A stretch of DNA of 64,000 nt, taken from positions 1,529 through 65,528 of the forward strand of contig JAJPKP010000055.1 in NCBI GenBank assembly GCA_021323675.1, in the 5' to 3' direction. Made by a program: the position numbers and the translations under genes. Below are positions 18,781 through 28,157 of the stretch, piece after piece. Source of the DNA: Pseudomonadota bacterium (GTDB taxonomy: Bacteria; Desulfobacterota; Binatia; Binatales; Binataceae). The notes under the pieces were generated by a model that was given only the letters and a program-made list of their open reading frames with translations, did not search any database and was not told the DNA's origin. The stretch's first letter is position 1; each line of letters opens with the position of its first letter.

Positions 18781-19556
18781 CTCCGCCTGGCTGCCGGCCG
18801 GCGTCCCGCCGGTTCATCCCGGCTAGCGATCGCTTCCAGCGCGGCGGCCAGCGATCGTGTCGCGCGTCCCAGATTCGTCATCATCCGCGGAAGCTGCAGA
18901 AGGGCGCCCGGATTGCGCAGCGCATGGACCGTTGTGGCGATCGGCCGGATGTTTCCCTTCTTGTCCAGCTTTGGTCCCACGACTTCGTCATCGATCTCGT
19001 CGATAATCGCGCGCAGGCAGACGAACGGAATTCCGCGCGCCGCCGCCTCTTGGGCGATCGACGCGGTCTCCATATCGACCGCGACCGCTCCCGTCGCCTC
19101 CGCGGCACGGCGCTTCTCGGCCCCGTCCTTCAGCGCGCGATGCGACGTAAGAATGGCGCCGGCGGTGTAGGCGACTCCGGCATTCAAAAGCATGCGCCCC
19201 ATCTCGCGCATCGAACCCGCGTCGATTGCGACCGGCTCTTCTCGTCCGATCGCGTCATCGCGACGCGCAATCACGCGATCGGCCAGCACCAGGTCGCCCG
19301 GCTTGAGCTTCTCAGTTAGCGCGCCGGCTACGCCGGTGCCGATTGCGAGTTCGGCATTTGGGAACAACTCGAACGCGCGGCGGGCGGACTGGCGCGCGCG
19401 GTTCATCCCGATTCCCGATGCGATCGCGATGATATCGCGGCCCTGAATTTCGCCGTGAAAGCCGCGCAGATCGCGATGCCCGAGCGGGCGGCGGTTCTTC
19501 AGTCGTTGCTTGAAGGGCCCGATTTCGCGTGCGAACGCGTAGAAGATGAGTATCAA
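18777..19556 (-). CDS. hpnG: Nucleoside phosphorylase family, probable adenosylhopane nucleosidase
   Basis: SGIG, GVAGAL..LKPGDLVL, AVDMETA, PFVCLRAIID; hopanoid context. Confidence 0.75.
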   Translation of the reverse strand: MILIFYAFAREIGPFKQRLKNRRPLGHRDLRGFHGEIQGRDIIAIASGIGMNRARQSARRAFELFPNAELAIGTGVAGALTEKLKPGDLVLADRVIARRDDAIGREEPVAIDAGSMREMGRMLLNAGVAYTAGAILTSHRALKDGAEKRRAAEATGAVAVDMETASIAQEAAARGIPFVCLRAIIDEIDDEVVGPKLDKKGNIRPIATTVHALRNPGALLQLPRMMTNLGRATRSLAAALEAIASRDEPAGRRPAARRS

Positions 19557-19667
19557 GTGCGGCTACCCGGCGGCGCGGCTACTTGAGCCGCCTCTGCGAT
19601 GCTAGCAAAATGCGCGCACGTACCGGTCCGGTCAAGTTGGCCTCCCGATGAATCCCGTCTCAGAGCC

Positions 19668-20528
19668 GTGAAAGAACTGATCGTAAATGCCGACGACTTC
19701 GGGTTGTCGCCGGAGGTCAACGCCGCCGTCGCGCGGGCCCATCGCGAGGGAATACTCACCAGCGCGAGCCTGATGGTAGCCGAGCCGCACTGTGGCGAGG
19801 CGGCCCGAATCGCGCGGGATAATCCCGGTCTCGACGTGGGCCTTCATGCGGTCGTTTGCAGGGGACGCAGCGTGCGCCCTCCCGCCGAGATCGCCCCGGT
19901 GGTCGATGCGCTCGGCCGGTTTCCGGACAATCCCGTGCTTGCGGGCCTGCGATGGTTTTTCGACCGCAACGCCCGGGAGCGGCTTGCCTCAGAGCTTCGC
20001 GCTCAGGTGGAGAAACATCTCGAGCTGGTCGGTTATCTGAACCATATCGACGGCCATCTGAACTTTCACGTTCATCCCGCGATTGCCGATATCCTTGTCG
20101 AGCTGGCGGTCGAATTTAAGGTTCCGTGCCTGCGCCTGCCGCGCGAGCGCGTGATGACCACGCTTGGGTTGCGCCGCGATCATGCCGCCCGCAAGGCGGT
20201 TGAGGCGCTCATCTTCCGCACGCTCTCGCGCCGCACGCGCCGCATGATGCGCGAGCGAGGCCTGGTCTCCACCGACTGGCTCTTCGGGCTTCATCAGAGC
20301 GGCCATCTCGATCACGGCTATATCCTCGCGATCATCGGACGCCTCGATGAAGGCACGACCGAGCTGTATTTCCATCCGGCGATGGACATCGGCGGAACTC
20401 CGCCGTCGCCTGGCGCGCAGATCGAGGTGGATATCCTGACCAGTCCGCGGGTTCGCGATGCGATCGCCGGCGGCGCAATAAAGCTGACGAATTTCGCCGC
20501 GCTCGCGAATCGCGGCGCCCGTAATTGA
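19668..20528 (+). CDS. hpnK: Hopanoid-associated YdjC-family deacetylase
   Basis: LIVNADDFGLS, GILTSASLMV, VGLH, HIDGHLNFHVHP, TELYFHP. Confidence 0.85.
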   Translation: MKELIVNADDFGLSPEVNAAVARAHREGILTSASLMVAEPHCGEAARIARDNPGLDVGLHAVVCRGRSVRPPAEIAPVVDALGRFPDNPVLAGLRWFFDRNARERLASELRAQVEKHLELVGYLNHIDGHLNFHVHPAIADILVELAVEFKVPCLRLPRERVMTTLGLRRDHAARKAVEALIFRTLSRRTRRMMRERGLVSTDWLFGLHQSGHLDHGYILAIIGRLDEGTTELYFHPAMDIGGTPPSPGAQIEVDILTSPRVRDAIAGGAIKLTNFAALANRGARN

Positions 20529-20581
20529 CTCGCAATCCAATCCGGCATTCGATGGGCGCAGGACCCGGAGGGACATCGCCG

Positions 20582-21091
20582 ATGTCGAACCTAATCGTAC
20601 GGCCCGCCGAGCGCGCAGATCTCCCCCAGATGACGGAAATCTACAACCACTACATTCTGACCACCCCGATTACGTTCGATATTGATGTAGTGACGCCGGA
20701 TCAGCGGGTCGGATGGTTCGAGGAGCATACTCACGGCCCTCGCTACCAACTTTTGGTGGCGCAGGAAAACGATCGCATCGTCGGGTACGCGGGCACCGGA
20801 CGCTTCCGCGACCGGGCGGCCTATGACACCACGGCGGAGACGACCATCTACTGCGCGCCGGACGCGACCGGCCGCGGCATCGGTCGGACGATGTATCGCA
20901 CATTATTCGATGCGCTTCGCGGCGCCGACCTTCGGCGCCTGGTCGCCGGAATCACCATCCCCAATGATCCCTCGGTAAAACTGCATCGCCAGTTCGGCTT
21001 CAGGGAAGTCGGAGTGTTCTCCGACGTCGGCCGCAAATTTGGCCGATATTGGGACGTTCTCTGGATGGAGCGGCCGTTGGTGCTGGGATAG
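20582..21091 (+). CDS. GNAT N-acetyltransferase (phosphinothricin/MddA-like)
   Basis: IYNHYI..TPITFD, R.AY..T.E..IY, GRGIG, NDPSVKLH..FGF, GRKFGRYWD. Confidence 0.88.
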   Translation: MSNLIVRPAERADLPQMTEIYNHYILTTPITFDIDVVTPDQRVGWFEEHTHGPRYQLLVAQENDRIVGYAGTGRFRDRAAYDTTAETTIYCAPDATGRGIGRTMYRTLFDALRGADLRRLVAGITIPNDPSVKLHRQFGFREVGVFSDVGRKFGRYWDVLWMERPLVLG

Positions 21092-21249
21092 ACGGCGCAG
21101 AGCCGGCGCCAGCCGCTGAGGCGCGGCGGTAAGGAGCTGACTTGGTTGCGCCTCTGCGCGCGATTCTCGCTCCAGATCCACGATTGACGTACTGTAGGAC
21201 GCGGGTGCTCTTGCGCCCGCGTTGAACATTCATCACGAAGGAAACCATC

Positions 21250-23817
21250 ATGCGCGACCAGGAAGGTGCTTCCGAAAGCCAGCAAATCCACGACTATCGG
21301 CTGCCGAAAAATGTCAGGCCGCGGCGCTACGTGTTGCGGCTTGAACCGGACCTCAAGGCTTTTACATTCAAGGGCGACGAGAACGTCGAAATCACCGTCG
21401 TTGAAGCGACAGACGAAATCGTCCTCAACGCGCTGGAACTGGAGATCGATTCCGCGACCGTCGAATGGACTGGAAAATCGCTCAAGGCCGCGGTGCGGAT
21501 GGAGCCGGAGAAGGAACGGGCCCATCTGAAGTTCCCGCAACCGCTTGCCCCCGGCGAATACATCCTCAGGGTCGTCTTTCGCGGAATTCTCAACGACAAG
21601 CTCCACGGCTTTTATCGCAGCCAGTACACCGACGCAGCCGGCAACGCACACGTCGTTGCCACGACCCAGTTCGAGTCCACCGACGCACGCCGCGCATTCC
21701 CGTGCTGGGATGAGCCCGAGCTGAAGGCCAGCTACAAGGTGATCCTGGTGGTTGACGAAAACCTCGCGGCCATTTCCAACGGCGGCCAGGAAAGCGAACG
21801 CAAGCTCGCAGGCGGCAAGAAGGAGGTCGTTTTCAAGGAAACGATCGTGATGTCCACCTATCTGCTTGCCTTTATCGTCGGCGAATTCGAAGCGACGGCG
21901 CCCGTGGATGCGGGCACGCCGCTCAGGATTGTTCACGTGCCGGGCAAAGCGGATCTGGCGCCTTTCGCCAGCCGGATCGGCGCCTTTTCGCTCAAGTTCT
22001 TCGCCGATTACTACGGCCTTCCATACCCCGGCGACAAGCTCGACCTGATCGCGATTCCCGACTTCGCTTCCGGCGCCATGGAGAATCTCGGCGCGATTAC
22101 TTTCCGCGAGACCGCGCTGCTTGCCGACGAAAAGACCGCGTCGCGCGCCGAACTCGAACGAGTTGCCGATGTCGTGTCGCACGAGAACGCGCACATGTGG
22201 TTCGGCGACCTGGTGACGATGCGATGGTGGAACGGCATCTGGCTCAACGAGGCCTTCGCCACCTTCATGGAGATGCTGGCGGTTGACGCGTGGAAGCCGG
22301 AATGGAAGCGATGGGACAGCTTTTCGGTGTCGCGCGCCGCCGCGATGGCGATCGACGGACTGCGCAGCACGCGCCCGATCGAGTTCACTGTGCACAGTCC
22401 GGAAGAATGCCGCGCGATGTTCGACATCCTGACCTACGAGAAAGGCGCGGCCGTGCTCCGGATGCTCGAGCAGTATCTGCGGCCGGAGGTCTTTCGCAAG
22501 GGAATCCGCGGCTATCTGAAAAAGCATCAGTTCGACAACACCGAAACCGGCGACCTGTGGGATGCGCTTGAAGAGGCATCGCGCGAGCCGGTCCGCAAGA
22601 TGATGGATTCCTGGATTTTCCAGCCCGGATTTCCCATCGTCGATGCGGCCGTGACCGAAGATGGCCGCGGGCTGCGGCTGTCCCAGCGCCGTTTCTTTTA
22701 TCTCAAGGACGACTCCGATCAGCTTTGGCACGTGCCGGTGATGATTCGCGCGCGCACCGACAAGGGGATTGTCACCCGGAAGGTGCTGATGACCTCGCGC
22801 GAGACGAAGATCGATCTCGGCGGCAAGGTGGCATGGGCTCTCCTGAACGAAGGCGGCCACGGCTTTTACCGCGTCCATTACGCTGCGGCGCTGCTGGCCG
22901 GCCTTACCAACAATCTCAACCAGCTTCAGCCGATCGAGCGCTTCGGCCTGGTGAGCGATACCTGGGCGGCTACGGTCGCGGGGATGGGGCCGCTGTCTGA
23001 GTTCATCAAGATGGCGCGCATGTTCATGGGCGAGACCGATCTCAACGTCTGGCGCGCGATCATCGGCGCTTTCAACTATCTCGACATGATCGTTGCGGAT
23101 TCCGACCGTCCCGCCCTTGCGGCCGCCGTCCGCGCGATCCTGAGTCCGCCGGTTGCGCGCCTTGGATGGGTAGCACGGGCAGGGGAGAGCGAGCTCGATC
23201 GACAGTTGCGCGGCATCCTGATCGCAGCGCTCGGAACGCTTGGCAATGACGCCGAAGTTCAGGCGCGCGCGAAAGACGTGTACGCGCGCTTCGAGCGCGA
23301 GCCCGAAAAGGCCGACCGCGATCTGGGTCCGGCGCTGGTTTCGATTCTGGCGCACGCGGGCGACGCCGCCCGGTACGAGGAGTTCAAGAGCAAGTTCAAG
23401 GGCGCGCGCACGCCGCAGGAGGAACAGCGCTACCTGTTTTCACTGGCCGGCTTTCGCAATCCAGACCTGCTCCGCGCCACGATGGCGATGACGCTGGATG
23501 GGCAGGTGCGCACGCAGAATGCTCCGTACCTGATGCATTCGCTGCTGCTCAACACTGTTTGCCGCTACGAGGCGTGGGATTTCGTGCGCAAGAACTGGGA
23601 AGAGATGTCACGCAAGTACCCGGACAACGCGCTGCCGCGGATGTGCGAGGCGGTCGTCGCGCTGCTCGACCGCGAGGAAGAGGTAGAGAGCTTCTTCACC
23701 ACGCATCGGGTGCGGCTCGGCGCCAAGATTATCGATCAGCACATGGAGCGCCTGTCCGTCGCGGTTGCCTTCCGCAAGCGCGAAGGCGCGAATCTGGCCG
23801 CGACTTTGCGCGGATAG
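21250..23817 (+). CDS. pepN: M1 family aminopeptidase N (puromycin-sensitive type, ERAP1-like C-terminal domain)
   Basis: GAMEN, HENAH+E (LNEAFA), TQFESTDARRAFPCWDEP, YEKG. Confidence 0.92.
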   Translation: MRDQEGASESQQIHDYRLPKNVRPRRYVLRLEPDLKAFTFKGDENVEITVVEATDEIVLNALELEIDSATVEWTGKSLKAAVRMEPEKERAHLKFPQPLAPGEYILRVVFRGILNDKLHGFYRSQYTDAAGNAHVVATTQFESTDARRAFPCWDEPELKASYKVILVVDENLAAISNGGQESERKLAGGKKEVVFKETIVMSTYLLAFIVGEFEATAPVDAGTPLRIVHVPGKADLAPFASRIGAFSLKFFADYYGLPYPGDKLDLIAIPDFASGAMENLGAITFRETALLADEKTASRAELERVADVVSHENAHMWFGDLVTMRWWNGIWLNEAFATFMEMLAVDAWKPEWKRWDSFSVSRAAAMAIDGLRSTRPIEFTVHSPEECRAMFDILTYEKGAAVLRMLEQYLRPEVFRKGIRGYLKKHQFDNTETGDLWDALEEASREPVRKMMDSWIFQPGFPIVDAAVTEDGRGLRLSQRRFFYLKDDSDQLWHVPVMIRARTDKGIVTRKVLMTSRETKIDLGGKVAWALLNEGGHGFYRVHYAAALLAGLTNNLNQLQPIERFGLVSDTWAATVAGMGPLSEFIKMARMFMGETDLNVWRAIIGAFNYLDMIVADSDRPALAAAVRAILSPPVARLGWVARAGESELDRQLRGILIAALGTLGNDAEVQARAKDVYARFEREPEKADRDLGPALVSILAHAGDAARYEEFKSKFKGARTPQEEQRYLFSLAGFRNPDLLRATMAMTLDGQVRTQNAPYLMHSLLLNTVCRYEAWDFVRKNWEEMSRKYPDNALPRMCEAVVALLDREEEVESFFTTHRVRLGAKIIDQHMERLSVAVAFRKREGANLAATLRG

Positions 23818-23824
23818 GCGTTTT

Positions 23825-23860
23825 GAATTAGCCGCAGGCTCGCAAGCCTGCGGCTAATTC
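23825..23860. terminator. Bidirectional terminator hairpin between convergent genes
   Basis: Perfect 16-bp stem GAATTAGCCGCAGGCT-cgca-AGCCTGCGGCTAATTC. Confidence 0.8.
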
Positions 23861-23905
23861 CGAATTCAGTGTGTGTGAGGCGCCAGTCGCGCGGCTTCCG
23901 GGCTC

Positions 23906-24325
23906 CTACGCCAGCAGGCCCTTGCCCGGAACGTGGTTGATCTCGATCCGGATGCCGTCCGGGTCTTCGAACAACACCGAATAGTAGCCGGGCGCCCAGG
24001 GACCGTCCTCCGGCGGATGCACGATCTTTGCGCCGATCGATTGCAGGAACCGGTGCGCTTCATCGATGTCGCCGCGCTCGCGAGCCCGCAGGCACAGGTG
24101 ATGCAACCCGATGCGGTTCTGTACGAAGGGCTCGCCGCGATGCTGATCGGCGCATCGCATGATCCCGACCGCGGTGCGCCCGCCCACGCAATAGAGCATC
24201 TGATCGCTGTTAATCACCGGCTTGAGGCCCAGGTAGGTCAGCAGCTTCTCGTAAAACGGGACGCATTTTTCGAAATTGCTGACAGTCAGAATGACGTGCG
24301 CCATCCCGTTGATTTCCATTTCCAT
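23906..24325 (-). CDS. VOC/glyoxalase family protein
   Basis: MAHVILTV, GLHHLCLRA, YYSVLFEDPDGIRIE. Confidence 0.88.
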   Translation of the reverse strand: MEMEINGMAHVILTVSNFEKCVPFYEKLLTYLGLKPVINSDQMLYCVGGRTAVGIMRCADQHRGEPFVQNRIGLHHLCLRARERGDIDEAHRFLQSIGAKIVHPPEDGPWAPGYYSVLFEDPDGIRIEINHVPGKGLLA

Positions 24326-24336
24326 CCTCCTTTCGG

Positions 24337-25359
24337 TCAGGCGGCGGCCTGCGCGGCCATCCGCTTCGGATCGGGCTGGGCGTGGCCGAGAATCGGATGA
24401 GGCGTGTAGGGTTTTTCAAGCTGGGCGACTTCGTCGGCGCTCAACTTGATTGAAACGGCGTCGATCGCCTCCTTGAGATGCTTGAGCTTGGTGGCGCCGA
24501 TGATGGGCGCGGCTACGCCGGGTGCCTGCAGAATCCAGGCGCAGGCGATCTGCGAGGGGCTGACGCCGCGCTGCTTTGCGAGTTTCTCTACGGCCGCCAG
24601 AACCTCGAAATCGCTCTCGCGGAAGTACATCCCCTTGGCGAATTCATCGGACTTCGCGCGGGTGGTATCTCCGCCCTTGTCGGCGGCGGTGCGATTGCCG
24701 GCCAGAAATCCGCGCGCCAGAGGGCTCCACGGGATGAGTCCCACACCCTGGTCGATGCAGAGCGGATTCATCTCGCGCTCCTCCTCGCGATAGACCAGGT
24801 TGTAATGATTCTGCATCGACACGAACCGATGCCATCCGTTTTCCTTCTGCAGGAACAGCGCCTTGGCGAACTGCCAGGCCGCCATCGAGCTCGCGCCGAG
24901 GTAGCGCACCTTGCCCGCGCGGACCAGCGAATCGAGCGCTTCGAGCGTCTCTTCGATGGGCGCGGTAAAGTCCCATCGATGGATCTGGTACAGGTCGATG
25001 TAATCCATTCGCAGCCGCTTCAGCGACGCGTCGCACGATTGCAGGATGTGCTTGCGGGAGAGGCCGCCCTGGTTCTGCCCTGACGCCATCTGCCCGTACA
25101 CTTTGGTGGCGACCACGATCTCGTCCCGCTTCGCCATCTCGTTCAGCCATCGTCCGGTGATCTCCTCGCTCACGCCAAGGGAGTAAACGTTGGCGGTATC
25201 GAAGAAGTTGATCCCGGCCTCGAGCGCTTCCGCGAAGTGCTCGCGCGCCTCATCGACCGTGAGCACCCAGTCGCGCCATTTCTTGTCTCCGTAGCTCATG
25301 CATCCGAGGCAGATGCGAGAAACCGACAGTCCTGTCCGTCCAAGTTTTGCGTACTGCAT
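24337..25359 (-). CDS. Aldo/keto reductase
   Basis: ICLGCMSYG, FFDTANVY, ATK, DYIDLYQIH, PWSPLARG. Confidence 0.92.
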   Translation of the reverse strand: MQYAKLGRTGLSVSRICLGCMSYGDKKWRDWVLTVDEAREHFAEALEAGINFFDTANVYSLGVSEEITGRWLNEMAKRDEIVVATKVYGQMASGQNQGGLSRKHILQSCDASLKRLRMDYIDLYQIHRWDFTAPIEETLEALDSLVRAGKVRYLGASSMAAWQFAKALFLQKENGWHRFVSMQNHYNLVYREEEREMNPLCIDQGVGLIPWSPLARGFLAGNRTAADKGGDTTRAKSDEFAKGMYFRESDFEVLAAVEKLAKQRGVSPSQIACAWILQAPGVAAPIIGATKLKHLKEAIDAVSIKLSADEVAQLEKPYTPHPILGHAQPDPKRMAAQAAA

Positions 25360-25485
25360 TTTTTCCTCGTCGGGCGGAGCGACGTGTCTCCGCGCGTTGG
25401 TGATGGTTGTGAAACGAAACTACCTGGGTCCAAAACTCCGGCGCTGGACGCTCGATGTCAAGAGCGCCAGCCCATGTTCCGGTGT

Positions 25486-25641
25486 TCAGGGCGGGGCGCT
25501 CCTGGGGACGACGCGATGGGGTATCGAATCGAAGCCATGGCTTCGGACATAGCGGGCGCGCAGGACGCCAATCAGAATCGCGTCGATTATGGCGACCGCC
25601 AGGATCAGCGCGATCGTGAGGTCTTTTGCGGACTTGCGCAT
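25486..25641 (-). CDS. Small hypothetical single-TM protein (51 aa)
   Basis: MRKSAKDLTIALILAVAIIDAILIGVL hydrophobic stretch; GGAG just upstream; fills an intergenic gap. Confidence 0.35.
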   Translation of the reverse strand: MRKSAKDLTIALILAVAIIDAILIGVLRARYVRSHGFDSIPHRVVPRSAPP

Positions 25642-25712
25642 ATCTCCAAGGCGTGATCGTTTCGGGCGCAAGGTGGGGATGATTGAGCCCGCATCCGTTC
25701 GTTACGGCAGTA

Positions 25713-25764
25713 TTTCAATATACGCCATAGCACGATAGAATCGCGCGACTGGCCGATTGGTCAG
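25713..25764 (+). promoter_or_regulatory. Putative hpnR promoter with TetR-type operator
   Basis: TTTCAA(25713)-17 bp-TAGAAT(25736), then CTGGCCGATTGGTCAG 25749-25764 and RBS GGAGG. Confidence 0.55.
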
Positions 25765-25786
25765 GCGCTCCGCCGGAGGAAAATTG

Positions 25787-27304
25787 ATGCGGGTTTTGTT
25801 CGTCCATCCGAGTCCACTGATGTACAGCGAAATTTACCTGCGCCTCGAGCCGCTGGGGATGGAGCGGGTGGCGGCAGCCGTTCGCGCGGCCGGCCACGAC
25901 GTACGCATCCTGGACCTCCAGATTTTCCAGCATCGCGAACTTTTCAAGGAGTTCGAGAGCTTCAAACCTCAGGCAGTCGGATTTTCTCTCAACTATCTTG
26001 CGAACGTTCCCGAAGTTATCGATCTTGCCAAAGCTCTCAAGGAGCGTAATCGCGATTGTTTCATCTTCGTCGGCGGCCACAGCGGCTCATTCGTTGCGGA
26101 CGAAATTCTGGAGCATGCCGCTGGATCGGTGGATTGTGTCCTGCGCGGCGAGGGTGAAAGCAGCGCGCAGATGCTGATGGAAGCGATTGGCACCGACTCG
26201 GTCGCCAAGGTTCCCGGCGCGGTGACGCTCAACGGAACCGGCCCGGCGCCGATCATGCTCGATGATTTGGACAAGTATTTTCCGGCGCGCGACCTTGGAC
26301 GGCGGCGCAACAAGTACTTTATCGGTGTGCTCGACCCGTGCGCATCGATCGAGTTCACGCGCGGATGCCCCTGGGACTGCTCGTTCTGCAGCGCCTGGAC
26401 CTTTTATGGGCGCAGCTATCGAAAGTCCACCGCGGAAGCGGCCGCCGAGGACATGGCGTCAATCAAGGAACCCGGCGTCTTCATCGTCGACGACGTCGCG
26501 TTCATTCATCCCGAGCACGGCTTTGCGATCGGCGCGGAGCTCGAAAAGCGCAAGGTCAAGAAGCGCTACTATCTCGAGACGCGGGCCGATGTGCTGATCC
26601 GAAACCAGGAAGTGTTTCGCTACTGGCGCAAGCTCGGACTCGAATACATGTTCCTTGGGCTCGAAGCGATCGATGAAGAAGGGCTGAAGGCGCATCGCAA
26701 GCGCTCCTCGACCGGCACGAATATCAAGGCGCTCGAAGTTGCCCGCGATATCGGCCTGACGGTGGCGATCAACCTTATTGCCGATCCTTCGTGGGACGAG
26801 CGGCGGTTCGAGATTATCCGCGAATGGGCGATGAGCGTGCCCGAGATCGTGCATCTGACCGTCGCCACGCCTTACCCCGGCACCGAGCTCTGGTTTACCG
26901 AGTCGCGCAAGCTCACCACGCTGGACTACCGCCTCTATGACATCCAGCATGCCGTGCTGCCCACCAAGCTTCCGCTGAAGCAGTTTTACGAGGAGCTGGT
27001 GAAGACCCAGGATGTTCTCAACCGCAAGCATCTGGGGTTTGCCGCGCTGAAAGAAGTCGCGACCATCGCGGGCAAGCTGATGCTCAAGGGGCAGACCAAC
27101 TTCATCAAGATGCTGTGGAAGTTCAACAAGGTCTATAACCCGGATCGCCAGTTTGCGGAGCATTCGCAGCCGGTGAAGTACCAGATGCGCCCGCCGAAGC
27201 TGCACACCACCAGCCGGCCGGATGCGTCGCTGCTGTACATACATCCGCCGAACAAGCCCGCGCGCGCCGCCGACCCGGCATCGACTCCCGCGGCGGGCCG
27301 ATAG
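25787..27304 (+). CDS. hpnR: Hopanoid C-3 methylase (B12-binding radical SAM)
   Basis: HPSPLMYSEIYLRLEPLG N-terminus, NYLANVPE, RGCPWDCSFCSAWTFYGR, DIQHAVLPT; hopanoid neighbourhood. Confidence 0.88.
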   Translation: MRVLFVHPSPLMYSEIYLRLEPLGMERVAAAVRAAGHDVRILDLQIFQHRELFKEFESFKPQAVGFSLNYLANVPEVIDLAKALKERNRDCFIFVGGHSGSFVADEILEHAAGSVDCVLRGEGESSAQMLMEAIGTDSVAKVPGAVTLNGTGPAPIMLDDLDKYFPARDLGRRRNKYFIGVLDPCASIEFTRGCPWDCSFCSAWTFYGRSYRKSTAEAAAEDMASIKEPGVFIVDDVAFIHPEHGFAIGAELEKRKVKKRYYLETRADVLIRNQEVFRYWRKLGLEYMFLGLEAIDEEGLKAHRKRSSTGTNIKALEVARDIGLTVAINLIADPSWDERRFEIIREWAMSVPEIVHLTVATPYPGTELWFTESRKLTTLDYRLYDIQHAVLPTKLPLKQFYEELVKTQDVLNRKHLGFAALKEVATIAGKLMLKGQTNFIKMLWKFNKVYNPDRQFAEHSQPVKYQMRPPKLHTTSRPDASLLYIHPPNKPARAADPASTPAAGR

Positions 27305-27326
27305 GGCGCAAGTCCGCCCGGGCGGG

Positions 27327-28121
27327 TTACTCGCCGTTGAATTTCGGTGCGCGTTTTTCGACGAACGCGGTAATTCCTTCGCGGCCGTCCTTGGTCCGCG
27401 CCATTTGCGAAATCCAGTCCGTCTCCAGCGCCATCTGCGTTTCCAGAGTGTTGTTGCTGCTGTCGAGCAGCAATCGCTTCACTCCGCCGAAGGCGAGCGT
27501 CGGCCCTCCGGCCAGTTCTTCGGCAAACGCGCGGGCCCGCGCCAGGAGCTCGGAATCGGGAACGACCTGGGTGACGATGGCGAGGTCGCGCGCCTGCTGC
27601 GCGGTCAGGATGGGATTGGTGAGCGCGAGTTCCAGCGTGCGCCGATAGCCGAGGATCCTCGGCAGAAAATAAGTCGCCGATCCGTCGGGCGTCAGTCCCG
27701 CGCGCGTGTATGCCATCGTGAACTTGGCGCTTTCCCCCGCAAACACGAAATCGCACGCGCAGGCCATGCTGAATCCCGCTCCTGCGGCGCTGCCGTGCAC
27801 CGCGGCGATAACCGGCGAGCTCATGTGCGCGAACGTCGAAATTGCGCCGTGCAGGAAATGCGTCACTTCCCGCAGATAAGTCGGCAGCTCCGACGGATCC
27901 TGCGCCGCGAAGGTTTTCAGATCTCCTCCCGCGCAGAACAGCTTTCCGTTGCCGCTCAGCAGCACCGCCCGCACGTGCGGATTTTCGTCGCATCGCCGGA
28001 TCGCATCGCTGAACTCGCGCGCGAGTTCCAGGTTGATGCCGTTGGCCGCGTCGGGCCGGTTGAAGGTGATGTGCCCAACGTTGTTTTTGATCTCGAAGAT
28101 CAGGGTTGCATATTCGGCCAT
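27327..28121 (-). CDS. Enoyl-CoA hydratase/isomerase (PaaG-like)
   Basis: NRPD..N, FCAGGDL, AAVHGSAAGAG, GLTPD, EGITAFVEKRAPKF. Confidence 0.88.
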   Translation of the reverse strand: MAEYATLIFEIKNNVGHITFNRPDAANGINLELAREFSDAIRRCDENPHVRAVLLSGNGKLFCAGGDLKTFAAQDPSELPTYLREVTHFLHGAISTFAHMSSPVIAAVHGSAAGAGFSMACACDFVFAGESAKFTMAYTRAGLTPDGSATYFLPRILGYRRTLELALTNPILTAQQARDLAIVTQVVPDSELLARARAFAEELAGGPTLAFGGVKRLLLDSSNNTLETQMALETDWISQMARTKDGREGITAFVEKRAPKFNGE

Positions 28122-28157
28122 TGCTGATGTTCCCTCTCTGAATTCCGCGGATTCGGA

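Noticed and set aside
20848-23355. 835-aa antisense ORF (and similar long antisense ORFs over hpnH, dxr, nuo genes and accC)
   Set aside because: Mirror frames of real genes in high-GC DNA; no recognisable motifs.
2307-25694. Identical 13-mer ATTGAGCCCGCAT at 2307 and 25682
   Set aside because: Exact 13-bp matches are expected by chance in 64 kb of GC-rich DNA; the first copy includes a start codon and neither is palindromic.
25642-25786. Possible cobalamin riboswitch upstream of B12-dependent hpnR
   Set aside because: The leader after the predicted promoter is only about 40 nt and lacks B12-box motifs.
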